A DNA stretch of 64,000 bases from Caecitellus pseudoparvulus (Eukaryota > Protista > Bigyra: Bicosoecida), in contig CBFFRQ010000032.1 in the NCBI GenBank assembly GCA_965644315.1, positions 744,001-808,000 on the forward strand, written 5' to 3'. Made by a program: the position numbers and the translations under genes. The notes beneath the pieces were generated by a model, which was given only the letters and a program-made list of their open reading frames with translations, had not been told where the DNA came from and ran no database searches. Shown piece by piece: positions 46,022 through 56,902 of the stretch. Numbering within the stretch: position 1 is the first letter of the stretch; every line of letters begins with the position of its first letter.

Positions 46022-48393
46022 CTAGTGGCCCCTAGTCCACTTCCCAGGCACAGGCATGCACTGCCGTGTCCCCGATGGCTGTGTCCGCGTGACCTCGCTC
46101 CCTTTCGTCAGCTGTGCCAGCATCTTGGTGAGCTCCTCCCAACACTCAGCCTGCGACTCGTCCTTGGATCCGATACGCGTCGTGGACAGCTCAACAGGCT
46201 CTACAGGGTCATATGGCTCCACAAACGCGCCATGCTGCAGCTTCTCAAGCAGCACAGGCGGGCGATGCACCACGCAGCTGGCAAAGAAGTTGGCCAGCGC
46301 ACTCAACGCTGTTCCGTTGCTTTCCGGACTTCCCAGAAGCTTGTGCGACAGCTTCAAGACATCCGGACTCAACATCAGTACCACTGTCTGCATCTTGAAA
46401 TTGCGGTATGAGCAGCGGCAAGGCCCCTTCGTGCGCATTTCTTTCGCAGTCCACCAGCCGCAGCTGCAGAACCTGGTGGCCCGTCGGTCAGCTTCACACA
46501 ACACCATAAGTGCAAACCTCGCCGCCAACACGGCACTCGTAGAGCACCCATTTTCCTCCGCAGCTGTCAAGGCATTCTGGATCTGCTGCTCCTCCGCCCC
46601 GTGCAGGTACTGCATGGCATCATTGAAGCCGGTCCGCACCGCCTCGCTCAACTCCACCAAGCGGGCGGCGGCCAGTGCTCGCTCTACAGCGGGCCTCAGG
46701 CTCTGTGCCAGGAACGTCTGCCAGCCAACCTCATCTGACAGGCTCTTGGGCCGAGCCACCCAGTCGCGAACGAGAAAGTGTAGGAAGCGTCTGGGTGGAA
46801 TGACCACAGCATGTCGCAGGAAGTCCCACAGCAGGCCGGAGGTCGTCTCAGGCCCCGCAGAGCCATCCAGCAGCACGAAAGCCGCCTTCACGACATCGGG
46901 GTCTAGCAGTGCCAGCATTGTCTCGATGACCGCGTTTTCCTGCGCACACGAGCACACGTACACGGTGCAGGCGACTCTCGCTACGCATCTGGTTTGCACT
47001 TTCACTCACCCCTGCCTGCATCAGGGCGCACTTGGCTGCCTGCACGGCTGGCTCAGGACACTCGCTGCGCTCCAGGTCCGCAATGGCTGCCTCGATCCGA
47101 CCTGCTGCATCATCGAAGCGTTCCAGAAAGGCTGGGAAGTCACGCTCCGCAGCTTGCTCCATGTACTTGCGTCGGATGAAGGACAGCGCCTTCCAAGACT
47201 CAGGTGTCATGCTATTGGTCAAGTAGGACTCCCATGCGCTCTTGGTCAGCTCCTGTAGAGGCACAAGCCACTCTCCTCGCTGGCTCGCCAATAGCTTTGA
47301 TGGACCAGCACTTATGCACTTGCCCAGGAGGTATCCGAAGCTCCATACCATCTTCGGATCATTTCCAGCTTCGCTCACCAGTGCATGCGCGCGCTTGATG
47401 ACGTCAGGGCGCAGTACCAGCTGCACCATTTCGTGCAAGGACCGCTTCTGCGCCGGCACACAGACGAGCACGTGAGGAGGGAGGCAGTTCGAGTGCGCAG
47501 CGGCACTCCACTCACACAAAGCCACACCACCGCATGCTTCGCTGCCAGCACCGCTTGTTCGTCACACTCGCTCTCTTTCAGTTTTTGAATGGCACGATTG
47601 ATGCAGTCTGCTAGCTCAGCATTCAGTTTTGCGATCCTCTCGTCAAACCTCTTTTCGACCCTTCGCTGAATGTGAGCCAGCTGCCTGGCCTCCTCCTCCT
47701 TGACCTGCTGTCGGAGTGCAGCCGCCAACTGGCCAAGAACCTCGGCTGCCTCACCACTTCCTTGCCCTTTCAAGGACCCTGTGCCGCCTGCCTCTAGCTC
47801 CCCCAGCAGCTTCTGCGCACTGCACCCCAAGGTGCTCCACAGGAAGCTGGCCAAATCAAGACCAGGGTGCCCTGATGGTCCTCGCATCGGACAACACTCG
47901 TACAAGCGTGACAGCATGCTTGGCTCAAGCAGAGCGGAGAGGGTAACCAGGTCTGGCACGGTCTGTGGGCGCAGCATGGGATACGCAGATCAGGTACGAC
48001 GCCAGCCCCTGGTGGTGCACGGCTTGACTCACCTGGCAACCTGCATATGCAGACATGGCGATGAAAACAGCTGCCCTGTCGACATCACTTGCGGCGAGGC
48101 TTGAGAGCAGGTCCACAGTGTGATCGCGCGCCTCACGAGTCAACGTCCCGCGCGAAACCCAGTCTGCTGCCCGTGCCTTGGCCAATTCCTCCGCAGCCTC
48201 CGGCCAACTCCACAGTCTACGCGTCCAAAGGCATTCAACCAGCGCTGCAGGCGCAGCGCGGGTCAGGTGATGAGGCCTGGCGCACAGCCGGGGTTTGTTG
48301 CAGGCGACACTCACAGCTTTCAGATTCCGCAGACACACCACCACCCCACAAGGGAAGGGCTTGCGTGCCACCCTGCCACGCACAGGCAAGCAT
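46022..48393 (-). CDS. Uncharacterised protein made of four tandem ~120-aa helical repeats, homologous to the header of the adjacent NTPase gene
   Basis: Phase-0 GTGAGT..CAG introns at 47963-48032, 47448-47515 and 46940-47009 join the ORF pieces into repeats of the form I..AI..L..SEC...AV.AAK.A....|...V..L..LL.PDV. The start (ATG 48393, via a further intron) is tentative. Confidence 0.7.
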
Positions 48394-48643
48394 GGCGCAA
48401 GATCAAGCGACCAAGTAAAGCCAATGCACACAGAGGGAGGCAATGGACTGGGTGAGGTGTTTGGATTGTGGCCTGGCGTTGGTTATGCCGAGGCGCGAAG
48501 GCTCTGGGCTCTTGCTGGTTCCCCAAGCCCATCACGATAACAACAAGCCCACTGGGCGCCAGCGCGAGCTTCCACTGCATCAAGGCACTCATGAGTGTGC
48601 CGTTGCCAGCCGTTGTGGCACCGGGCACACCAGGCCACCTCCA

Positions 48644-49318
48644 TCAAGCCGACGCACCTGCCCGCAGCAGCACCATGGCCTGCCTGCCCAATCGACTGCT
48701 CGTGCCAGCCCATGCGGCATCCTTGGCAGGTTGCTGCACAAAGTGGTCAGCTTTGCGTCTGACCTGCTGTGGGGTGGCACGACGGCCCGTGAGGCCAAGC
48801 AGCTCCCGCAACACACCCAGCTGTTCCTGGGCGCAAGCCTCCCAGAATGCACCCTCCTCCCGTGAATGGACGTCGACTTCACGGTGGCCAGTCAGGCTCA
48901 GCAGCTCGCGCACCACTTCAGCGTGGCCGTGCGCACATGCCCATCTGAAGGCGAACTCCTCGTCAACGTGCACGTCCACTTCACGGTGACCGGCCAAGGC
49001 CAGCAGCTGACGCACCACGTGAAGGTGACCACGAGAGCATGCCTCGCGAAAGGCGAACTCTCCGATCGCGTGTACGTCAACTTCGCGGTGGCCGGACAGG
49101 CTCAGCAGCTCGCGTACCACTTGAACGTGGCCGCGCGCACAGGCATCCCGGAGACCAAACACCTTCACCTCCCGCACCTGCAAGGAAGCCAGGCAGTTGC
49201 GGCGGCCACTCTCAAAAGCGCAGCGTTGGCAAACCTGGCACAACTGCGGCCTGGCTGAAGCATAGCGAGTGTATGCACTCCTTGGGTACAAGTCACACCC
49301 TTGCTGCATCCCCTGCAT
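48644..49318 (-). CDS. Ankyrin-repeat protein with 34-aa (102-bp) tandem units; possibly 5'-truncated
   Basis: Repeats AFR.AC..GH..VVRELL.L.GHREVDVH, conserved at DNA level at ~48878, 48980 and 49081. The ATG lies only 3 bp from the divergent GH18 ATG, so the true start is doubtful. Confidence 0.65.
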   Translation of the reverse strand: MQGMQQGCDLYPRSAYTRYASARPQLCQVCQRCAFESGRRNCLASLQVREVKVFGLRDACARGHVQVVRELLSLSGHREVDVHAIGEFAFREACSRGHLHVVRQLLALAGHREVDVHVDEEFAFRWACAHGHAEVVRELLSLTGHREVDVHSREEGAFWEACAQEQLGVLRELLGLTGRRATPQQVRRKADHFVQQPAKDAAWAGTSSRLGRQAMVLLRAGASA

Positions 49319-49321
49319 GTG

Positions 49322-50416
49322 ATGAGGGCTGTCGCAGCGCTCTTAGTGGCAGCGCCACTGGTGGTCTCAGCCCGCTTTGCCATGCCATGGCTGTGCCTGG
49401 AAAGGTGTGGCGCCAACAGCTCCCAGGTTGCACACAATATTAAGCAAGTCCTAGACAATGCTGGCACCACCTTCACCGCCGTGTCCTTCGAGGTCAGCGT
49501 GGGCGAACCTAGCAGGGTCTGGTGCAGTGCACCTGCAACTCACACGCACCTTTTTGCTCACAGCGCTTCAACCTGGGTCCAGACAGCACTCTGGTGCTGA
49601 ACAACTTGACAGATCCAACTGAATCCTTCGTTTCAGCTGGCCTTGAGACCTTTCCTATGGTTTCCTCTTACCCTTACCCGCCTCAGTTCATGTGAGGAGC
49701 ATCGCTGGTCCAGGCAGAAGTGCCCGAGCCGACTTCCCCTGCCTACCCCCGCACATCACACAGTGATTGGATGCGGCAGGTATTCCGCAACCCTATGCCA
49801 TTTGTTCGTGCCCTGCAATCCCACATTCAAGCCCGGGGCTACTCGGGAGTCAACATGTGAGCAGCAGCTCCCCGGCTTGCTTCACTCGCCTCCCCACACC
49901 ACACCGCCTCCTGAGCACGCACAGTGACTGGGAGCCCACGAAAGGAGTCACTGCACGAGACGCCTTGGACTACGCGGCGTTTCTAGACCTCCTGGCCAGC
50001 GAGCTGCACGCGGTGGGGGCACAGGTCACGGTAGACTTTGCGACGTGGAGCCCGATCTGGAACCTCACGGCTCTCGCGGCGACGGGCGTGGATCGCTTCA
50101 TGGACATGGGCACCTACACAGACAGCCCCGACTCGTGGAAACGCCAGCTACAGGTGGCCCTGCAGGCTCTGCCGCATGACAAGATCGTTGTGGGTGCGTG
50201 TGTGCGGCACGCTCGCCGACGCCTCGCCTGCCAGCCAACCCCCCTCCCCACGCCAACTCAGGTCTTGAAACGACCATGGCCAGCAGTGGAGCGCCCTACC
50301 CCGTCTCTGTCCTGCAGCAGCGTTTCCAGCTGCTGCGCGAGGCTGGCCTGGACGCTGTTGGGCTGTGGGTTGCTCCCATCCCCGCCACGTTCCTGCCCTT
50401 CTTGCGGAACTTGTAA
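49322..50416 (+). CDS. Secreted glycoside hydrolase family 18 (chitinase-like) protein
   Basis: Signal peptide MRAVAALLVAAPLVVSA; spliced GYSGVNI|DWEP catalytic motif; MDMGTY; KIVVGL; VGLW. Introns 49493-49563, 49692-49763, 49857-49924, 50194-50261. Confidence 0.8.
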
Positions 50417-50423
50417 TGCATTG
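50414..50423. terminator. TAATGCATTG: candidate bidirectional polyadenylation signal overlapping the GH18 stop
   Basis: AATGCA on both strands between the convergent GH18 (stop 50416) and coiled-coil (stop 50455) genes. Confidence 0.45.
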
Positions 50424-50454
50424 CGCCCAGTGTGGTGGTGCGGCGGCGGCCGAC

Positions 50455-53322
50455 TTAAGACTGCCCTGTCAGCAGTGGCGATACCCGCGCCGCCTGCGTG
50501 CCTGGCATGGGCGTCGAGACGGGTGTGGCCACAGGGGCAGGTGTGAAGCCTGCGCTGGGCCGTTTGGGACGCCGCACGCCACTGTGCGCGTGGGGCACCT
50601 GTGGCATGGCCGATGGGGGTGCAGGGGGGGCAGAGGGGGGCTGGGAGGCATGTGGAGATGCAATGGGCTTCACTGGGCGCACGGTGGGGGTGGGGGGCGC
50701 ACGGGCCGGTGGGGGAGGGCCTGGCAGCGCCGCTAAGGACTGCGCGATGTGGGTGGCAGCGAGTGACTTGGAGCCTTGCCCCTCTGCTGCGTTGCTACGC
50801 GTCTCTGACGTCACACGCACCGCCTGCAGCAGGGAGGCGAAGTCCGCCTTCACCACATTCAACGCACCCAGCAACTGGCGATTTGATGCCAGCAAGTCCG
50901 TGACGGAGTCCCCTGTCGAAGCCACTGCATGTGCTTCCGCTGACCGCGCCGCCTGCAGCACTGCTTCAGATGCCACTGCCGCATGCCTGGGCGGCGAGTG
51001 CCGTGGCATGCCCCCCCCTGTCGCACTGTCCCAAGTGGAAATGCCGCTGGCATCCAGCCGCGTCTCGTCTTCACTCGGCGTGGGGGGTGCCGCCTTGGCT
51101 CTGGCTGCGGGCACCGGGCTCGCTGCAGCTGCCGCCGCCGCGCTTTCGTCACGCAAACGCCGCATGCCGCTCTGCATGCGCTTGAGCTTTCCGTTCAAGC
51201 TGGAACACTTGGAACGCAGTGCGGCCACCTGAGCGTCAGCTGTGCTGGCCTTTTCCACCGCCTCTGCCGCCTGCCGTGACACTTCACTGCTGACTGCACG
51301 CGCCGCGGACAGCTCAGCTGACAGGGTCATGATGCGTGCGTTCGCCTGCGTCAAGGCTTCCTCCGCCACAGTGCTGTCCACATCTGAGCGTGTGACAGCA
51401 GTCATGAGTTCTTGCGTTTGGTCGCCCTCCCCTGCACGCGTCGTTCGTCGGCCATGAGAGTGCGAGGGGGAGGTGAGTTGCGACTGTGATGCTGCGCTGC
51501 GCGCTGCTTGCAGCTCAGCCTGAGTCACAGCCAAGGAGTCCACCAACTCCGCTTCGCGAGCCGCATGACTGGCTTTGTTCTCTGCCAAGGACTCAGCCAG
51601 GCCCTGCGCTGCGTTGCGCAGGGCGTCCAGCTGTCGCTCTGCTGCTGCTGCTCGGGCGGCAGCATTTTCCGCAGCCAACTTGGCTCTCCGGGCATCCTGC
51701 CGCGCATCCCCCTCTGCCGTCTCAGCTTCGGCCAAGGCACGCTCCATGTCCACCAGCTGGGCTTCCAGCTCGTCTGCGCGCTCAGCAGTCTCCACCACCA
51801 GCCCCTCGAACTGCCCGGGTGACAGCAGCAGGGTGCCTTCCGGAATGGCAGCCTGACCGGCCTCCTCCTCCTCCAGCTCGCCCGACGACCGATCTGCCCG
51901 GTCATACGCCGCCTTTAACAGCGCCACGACCTTGGGTCGCACCGACAGGCGCGCGCCGCCGGCGGGTGACTCCTGCCTTGCCTGACTCTGCAGCAATGCT
52001 TCCCGCAGGCTGCGCACGTGCTCGACGAGGGAGACATTGACACTGCCAGCGCCGGCAGGCCCACGCTGGCTGTGCGCTGAGGCGGGGGATACGTGGATGT
52101 GGGGGGACGCCAGTGTGCTGGCCGAGGGGGTGGGTGCGGCGAAGGCGCTGGTGCCTGAGGCAGCTTGCCCGCCGGCCTCCAGCCGCCCGTGCAGCACGAG
52201 GAAGGCGCCCAGGACGAAATTCAACTGCTCCACTACGCCTGCTGCCAGGTGATGCAGGGGGGCATCGGGGTCCGCGGCGGGGGGTGGCGGCCCGAAGCCC
52301 CCCTCCAACAGCGCGCTCGGCATCACCGGCACATCGACCAGGGCACTGCGCGCGGCCTGCACCTCCGAGCTGCCAGCGACAGCGGCATCCCCCTCCTTCA
52401 GAGCCGCCAGCTCGGCTTGCAGCGCCATGACGCGGCTGTGCAGCGCCAAGCACTCCTCCCTGGCGCCGTGTGCGGCCTTGGACAGGCGGCTTGACTCGGC
52501 CGCCAGCTCCCCATGCGCTGCACGCTCCATGGCCAGCTGGCGTTCCAGGCGCTCTGCGCTGTCTTGCAGGAACTGCACGCGGGAGGACGCCGCAGCTGCC
52601 TGGGAGGCGCCGAGGAGGCGGGTGTTCAGCGCTTCCTGCGTTGGGAGGGCACGTCGCAGCGACCGTTGGTGCGAGCGGCAAGTTAGCACCGCATTCGCGC
52701 GGCAACACACATTGTCTGCTTGCAAGCGCCGGACAGTCGCCTTGGTTTCGGCCAGTTGCAGTTGTAGGTGCTCTGCTTTGGCGTCTGCTGCGTCGGCGCG
52801 GGCTGCCTCGGCTTGCCTGGCTTCCAACGCTTCTGCCAGCGCTGCACCTGCGTGCAGACGCAGGGGTGGAAGAGTCCACACAACAGGGGCCAGGGGGGGC
52901 CCTCGTGAGAAGCCCAGAGCGGGACCTCATTTTGCATGCTCTGGCACACACGCACCTGTCGCATGGCCAGTTGTGGCGGGCTGGGGTGGCCCGCCCGTGC
53001 CCTGCCGTTGTGCAGCGGACATTTGCTGCTGCACCCACGACAGCTCCTCCCGCAAGCGCGCGTTGATGCTCATCTGCTCCAGAAGGTCTTCACGCAAGAT
53101 CTTCTTCTCTGTGTCACTCTTGCGGCGCGCTTCGCGGAGTTGGCGCTCCACATCATTCCGCTCGGCCAGCATGACGTTGATCTCATGGCGCAAAGCAGCT
53201 GTGGTGGAGGCGCCGCCGCGCGATGCAGCTAGGACGCCGGTGCTTGATGCCAGTACCCCTTGTTGAGCTGCGCCAGCGTTCGACGTCGCTGGACCGGCTG
53301 CTTGGGGAGTACCCCACTGCAT
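50455..53322 (-). CDS. Long coiled-coil protein, function unknown
   Basis: Heptad-rich ORFs 52927-53322 and 50455-52881 joined by introns; no catalytic motif. Confidence 0.65.
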
Positions 53323-53478
53323 GGCCGGCGCGGTGTTTCACAGCCGTTTCGCAGCCCCCACCACACAAGTCACCCCTGGAAAGGAGGCAGAGGAGGGATC
53401 ATGGCGCTCAGGTCCATTTTCTCACGTCTTATAAATTATCGCCCACCGCAGAAAATGCTCGCAGCCTCGGTGCATGGC

Positions 53479-56400
53479 TCACTCCTCCAAGCCTTCCTCC
53501 TCCTCAGCCAGGGAGGTGAGTGGCGCGACACGCAGGGCGCCGTGCTCAGTGCGCAGGCCACGGGCCTCGGCTAGCTCTTGCAGCCCCGCATAGCTGGCGT
53601 CCCCGGGTGGCAGCGCTAGCAGCGCATAGCGCACTGCAGAGGGCACGTCCCGCACGATGCGGTAGGCTACGGAGCTGGAGGGGGACGGCTCCGCCTCCTC
53701 CCCGCCCTCGTCCCCAGCTGCCTGGAACGCCGTGACGGCCTTCAACAGCTCAGCTGGATGCTGTGCCAGCACCTCCGGCGGCTGTGCTCTGAACCACATC
53801 TCAGCCTTGAGTATAGCCAAGCCCGGGCACGCCAGCACAAGCTGCGCCAAGGCTGGCACGGTCAGCTGCCGCAAGCCCAGGAGCACTACTTGCTTGAGTC
53901 CATGGCAGTGCCTGCTGAGACACTGCAGCGTCGCGTCAGTCAGGCGCGAGCAGCCTCGCAGCTGGAGGTGGGTGAGGCGGGGGCAGGCGGCAGCCAGGCC
54001 AGGCGGGCCCCCCTCCACGCCCTCGAACGCTGCATCGGTCAGGCGCTCACACCCGGTGGCCTTGAGCGTGTGCAGGCGCGGGCAGTGCGCCGCCAGGGAA
54101 TGCAGCACACTGTCATCCACCCCCACGACGTACTCGACGTCCAGCACCTCCAAGTGGGGCAGGCAGGCCACCGCTGCCGCGATGTCGCGTGCCGCCAGCT
54201 GGCTGCAGCCTCGCAAACGCAGCTGCCGCAGGACGGGCGTGTACCGCGCCAGCAACGCCAGGTTCTCGCTGCATAGACCCAAGCAACACCTCAGGTCCAG
54301 CACTTGCACGTGGGAGGCGAAGGTAGCCGCTGGCAAGGGCTGCGTCAGGCGAGGCAGCCCGCCAGACCGGGTTTCCACCGGCGTGGGCTCATGCGCCGGG
54401 AGGGGCAGGAAGTGGCTCATGTTCGCAGCTGCCGCCTCCAGGATAGCTTGCGGGTGCACACCATCTGGCAGGTGCAGGGACAGCAAGGGCGTGGCGCCCA
54501 GGCCGCTGCTCTGGCCGTCCAGGCTCAGCCACGGATTGCGGCACAGGACGCCGGCATCGGCTAAGCTGCTGGGCTGCGCACCGCGGGTCACCCGCACTGC
54601 CTCTGCGGTGTACCATGGAATCATGAGGTCCACCAGGGCCGAGCAGAACTTGGACTGCGGGAAGGCATCCCTCACGCTGGGCCGCCAGGGGTTGGCGGGA
54701 AGTCCGCCGGCAGCCGTGGCGGCGGACGTTGCTGCCACGGACTCCAGCACCTCACCGGCGCCACCCTGCGCGCCACCTGCACCGCACGCCCACAGCTGTC
54801 TCTCCAGCTTGAACTCCAACTGGGCACCTTGCCACAGACACGACACTGCCACTCCTAGCAAGCTCCGCACGAGTCGTGGCTTGGCTGCCTCGTCCGGCAT
54901 GGCTGCAAAGGGCGTCTCCACGGGCGGACCCGCCGTCGGCGCCGTGCACCCTGACACATGGCAGGCATACCACTGACCGTACCGCATGCCGGGGCAGGGG
55001 ACGTCAGGGCTCCACGCCGGCGCCCGTACACCGCACTCCAGCACCCTGCCCACCGGGCCCTGCTCACCGCTCACGTATGGCACGAAGTCTGCACCTTGCA
55101 GGGCGCTGCCTTGCCCAGCACTGGCCTGCACAAAGTCCTCCACCGCAGTCTCGTCGTCCACGCCCCGCTGCACCAGTGGCGCTGCCACCTCCTTCACACC
55201 CGGCACGGCTGTGGGCGCCATGAGTGCCGGGCGCAGGCCCAGCAAGGCCAAGACATCCCCCACCGTCGCCCAAGCACAGAAGGCGAGGCTGAGGTGCCGC
55301 ACCCGGGGCGTGACGCTGCCGGCCAGGTTGGCCAGGGTGGTGGGGTGGGGCCGGCTCGTGCCGCGGAAGTACTGGCCCAGAGCCACGCCTGGCAGAGCCC
55401 TTGGCTGCTGCGCCGCGGCGAGCCACGCGCGGCACACACGGGAAGCAAGCAAGGACTCGTGCAGCTGCAGGTATGACAGAGCATGCTCGAGTATCCCTGG
55501 AGGCAGGAAGTTGACGTGCAGGATGTGCTGGGTAGGCGGCAGCTGAGGCGGCGCGGTGCGGGCACCCGCCCCCTCAGCAGGGGGGGATCTCCCAGGCAGC
55601 GAGGGCAGGCCCACTAGAGACCCCACAGCTGAGGCCTCCGCTGACGGTGAGCTGTCACTGCACCCACCCTCCAGCTCATCTGGCATACAGGTGGGCCCCA
55701 AGTCCAGGGAGGGCATGCCGTCCAGTCCGGGGCCGCGCTTTGGCGAAGGGCACCCCACGGCAGATGCAGGGTGGCTCCGGGCGCGCTTCTTGCCACCCAG
55801 CATGGGAGATGCCACCACTGCAGAGTTCCCCTCGCCAAAGGCGGCGGTGGCTGCTGTGCCAGCTGCGCCAGCGCGGGCGGCAGGGGAGGGCGACGCCTGC
55901 ATGGGCAGCCTGCACCACATGCAGGCGTCGATCTGAGACCGCACCAGCACCCACTTGCACCAGGCTTTGTCGTGGTTTGCTCGGATGAGGGGGAAAGGCA
56001 CGCCTTGTTGGGGGCCTGGAAAGCAGGCCACGGAGGGGTTGGCTGACCGCGGCAGGCGACGAGGGGGTGACGAAGGCAGCATTGGCACGCCCTGCCGAGA
56101 CACTGGCATAACCTGTTCCAGGAAGAGGGTGGGAAGGGTGCAAAGGGGCACGCGAGGCGGGGGCAAGGGCACCGCTCTGGGCGCACCTGAAACGCGTGCC
56201 GTCCAGGCTGGTCATACACAAGCTCAATAACATCCCCCATGAGCACCCGGCACATCTTGCCAGTGGGCACCTTGCTCTGCTTCCTGCGGCCAGGACTCAA
56301 GATGCGCACGGAGTTGCGGCCCAGCTGCAGGGAGGGACGGGCGGCAGTGTGTTCAGAGCCCGCCCGCAGCGCGAGGCACGCCAGCGCACCGTTGCAAGCA

Positions 56401-56750
56401 CCAGGGCATGGTCCCCAGCCTTGGTGCGCTTCCAGCCTAGGGAAACGTGGGCTCGGCTGACCTGCGGGTCGCTCAAATATGCACGTTGATGGGACCTTCC
56501 CAGAATCACCGGCTCTCCGCCCCTTTCCAACGCAACTGCCAAGCACAAGGCCGGAAAGGGGGTGCCGAGTGGCGAAACGTGGAAACGCCAGGGCAGCACA
56601 CTGCAACTCACTTGGCTCTTGAATGAGATGAGCGCAGCATGGAATGAGCTCAACCACAACGTCATCCCATTGAAAACCGCTTGATCCTGCCTCCTGACTG
56701 CCCACCGCCCCCGCCTGGGCTCCAGGAGCTGCCGCCTGAGCTGCTGCCAT
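53479..56750 (-). CDS. FHA + F-box + leucine-rich repeat protein (FBXL-like)
   Basis: Spliced FHA-like VILGR..LSDPQVSRAH..LGRNSV..GDVIEL; F-box LPPGILEHALSYL..SRVCRAW; Cys-containing LRRs CPRLHTLKATGCERLTD, CPRLTHLQLRGCSRLTD. Confidence 0.75.
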
Positions 56751-56902
56751 GTCTCTGGCGTTGGGAAGCACGGCGTGCCTCGCAGAGCGCCCCACTTCCC
56801 TGGACAACGAGATGGCAGCCAAGCACGTGCAATGCGCCCTTTCCATCACACACTGCACCTGTATGTGCATTGACGCGGTTTTATGTGCCTCTCAACTCTG
56901 CG

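Noticed and set aside
41800-49320. Calling the accessory block an intact transposon or endogenous virus
   Set aside because: No terminal repeats, target-site duplication, DDE transposase, integrase or capsid motifs seen; the genes carry host-type introns.
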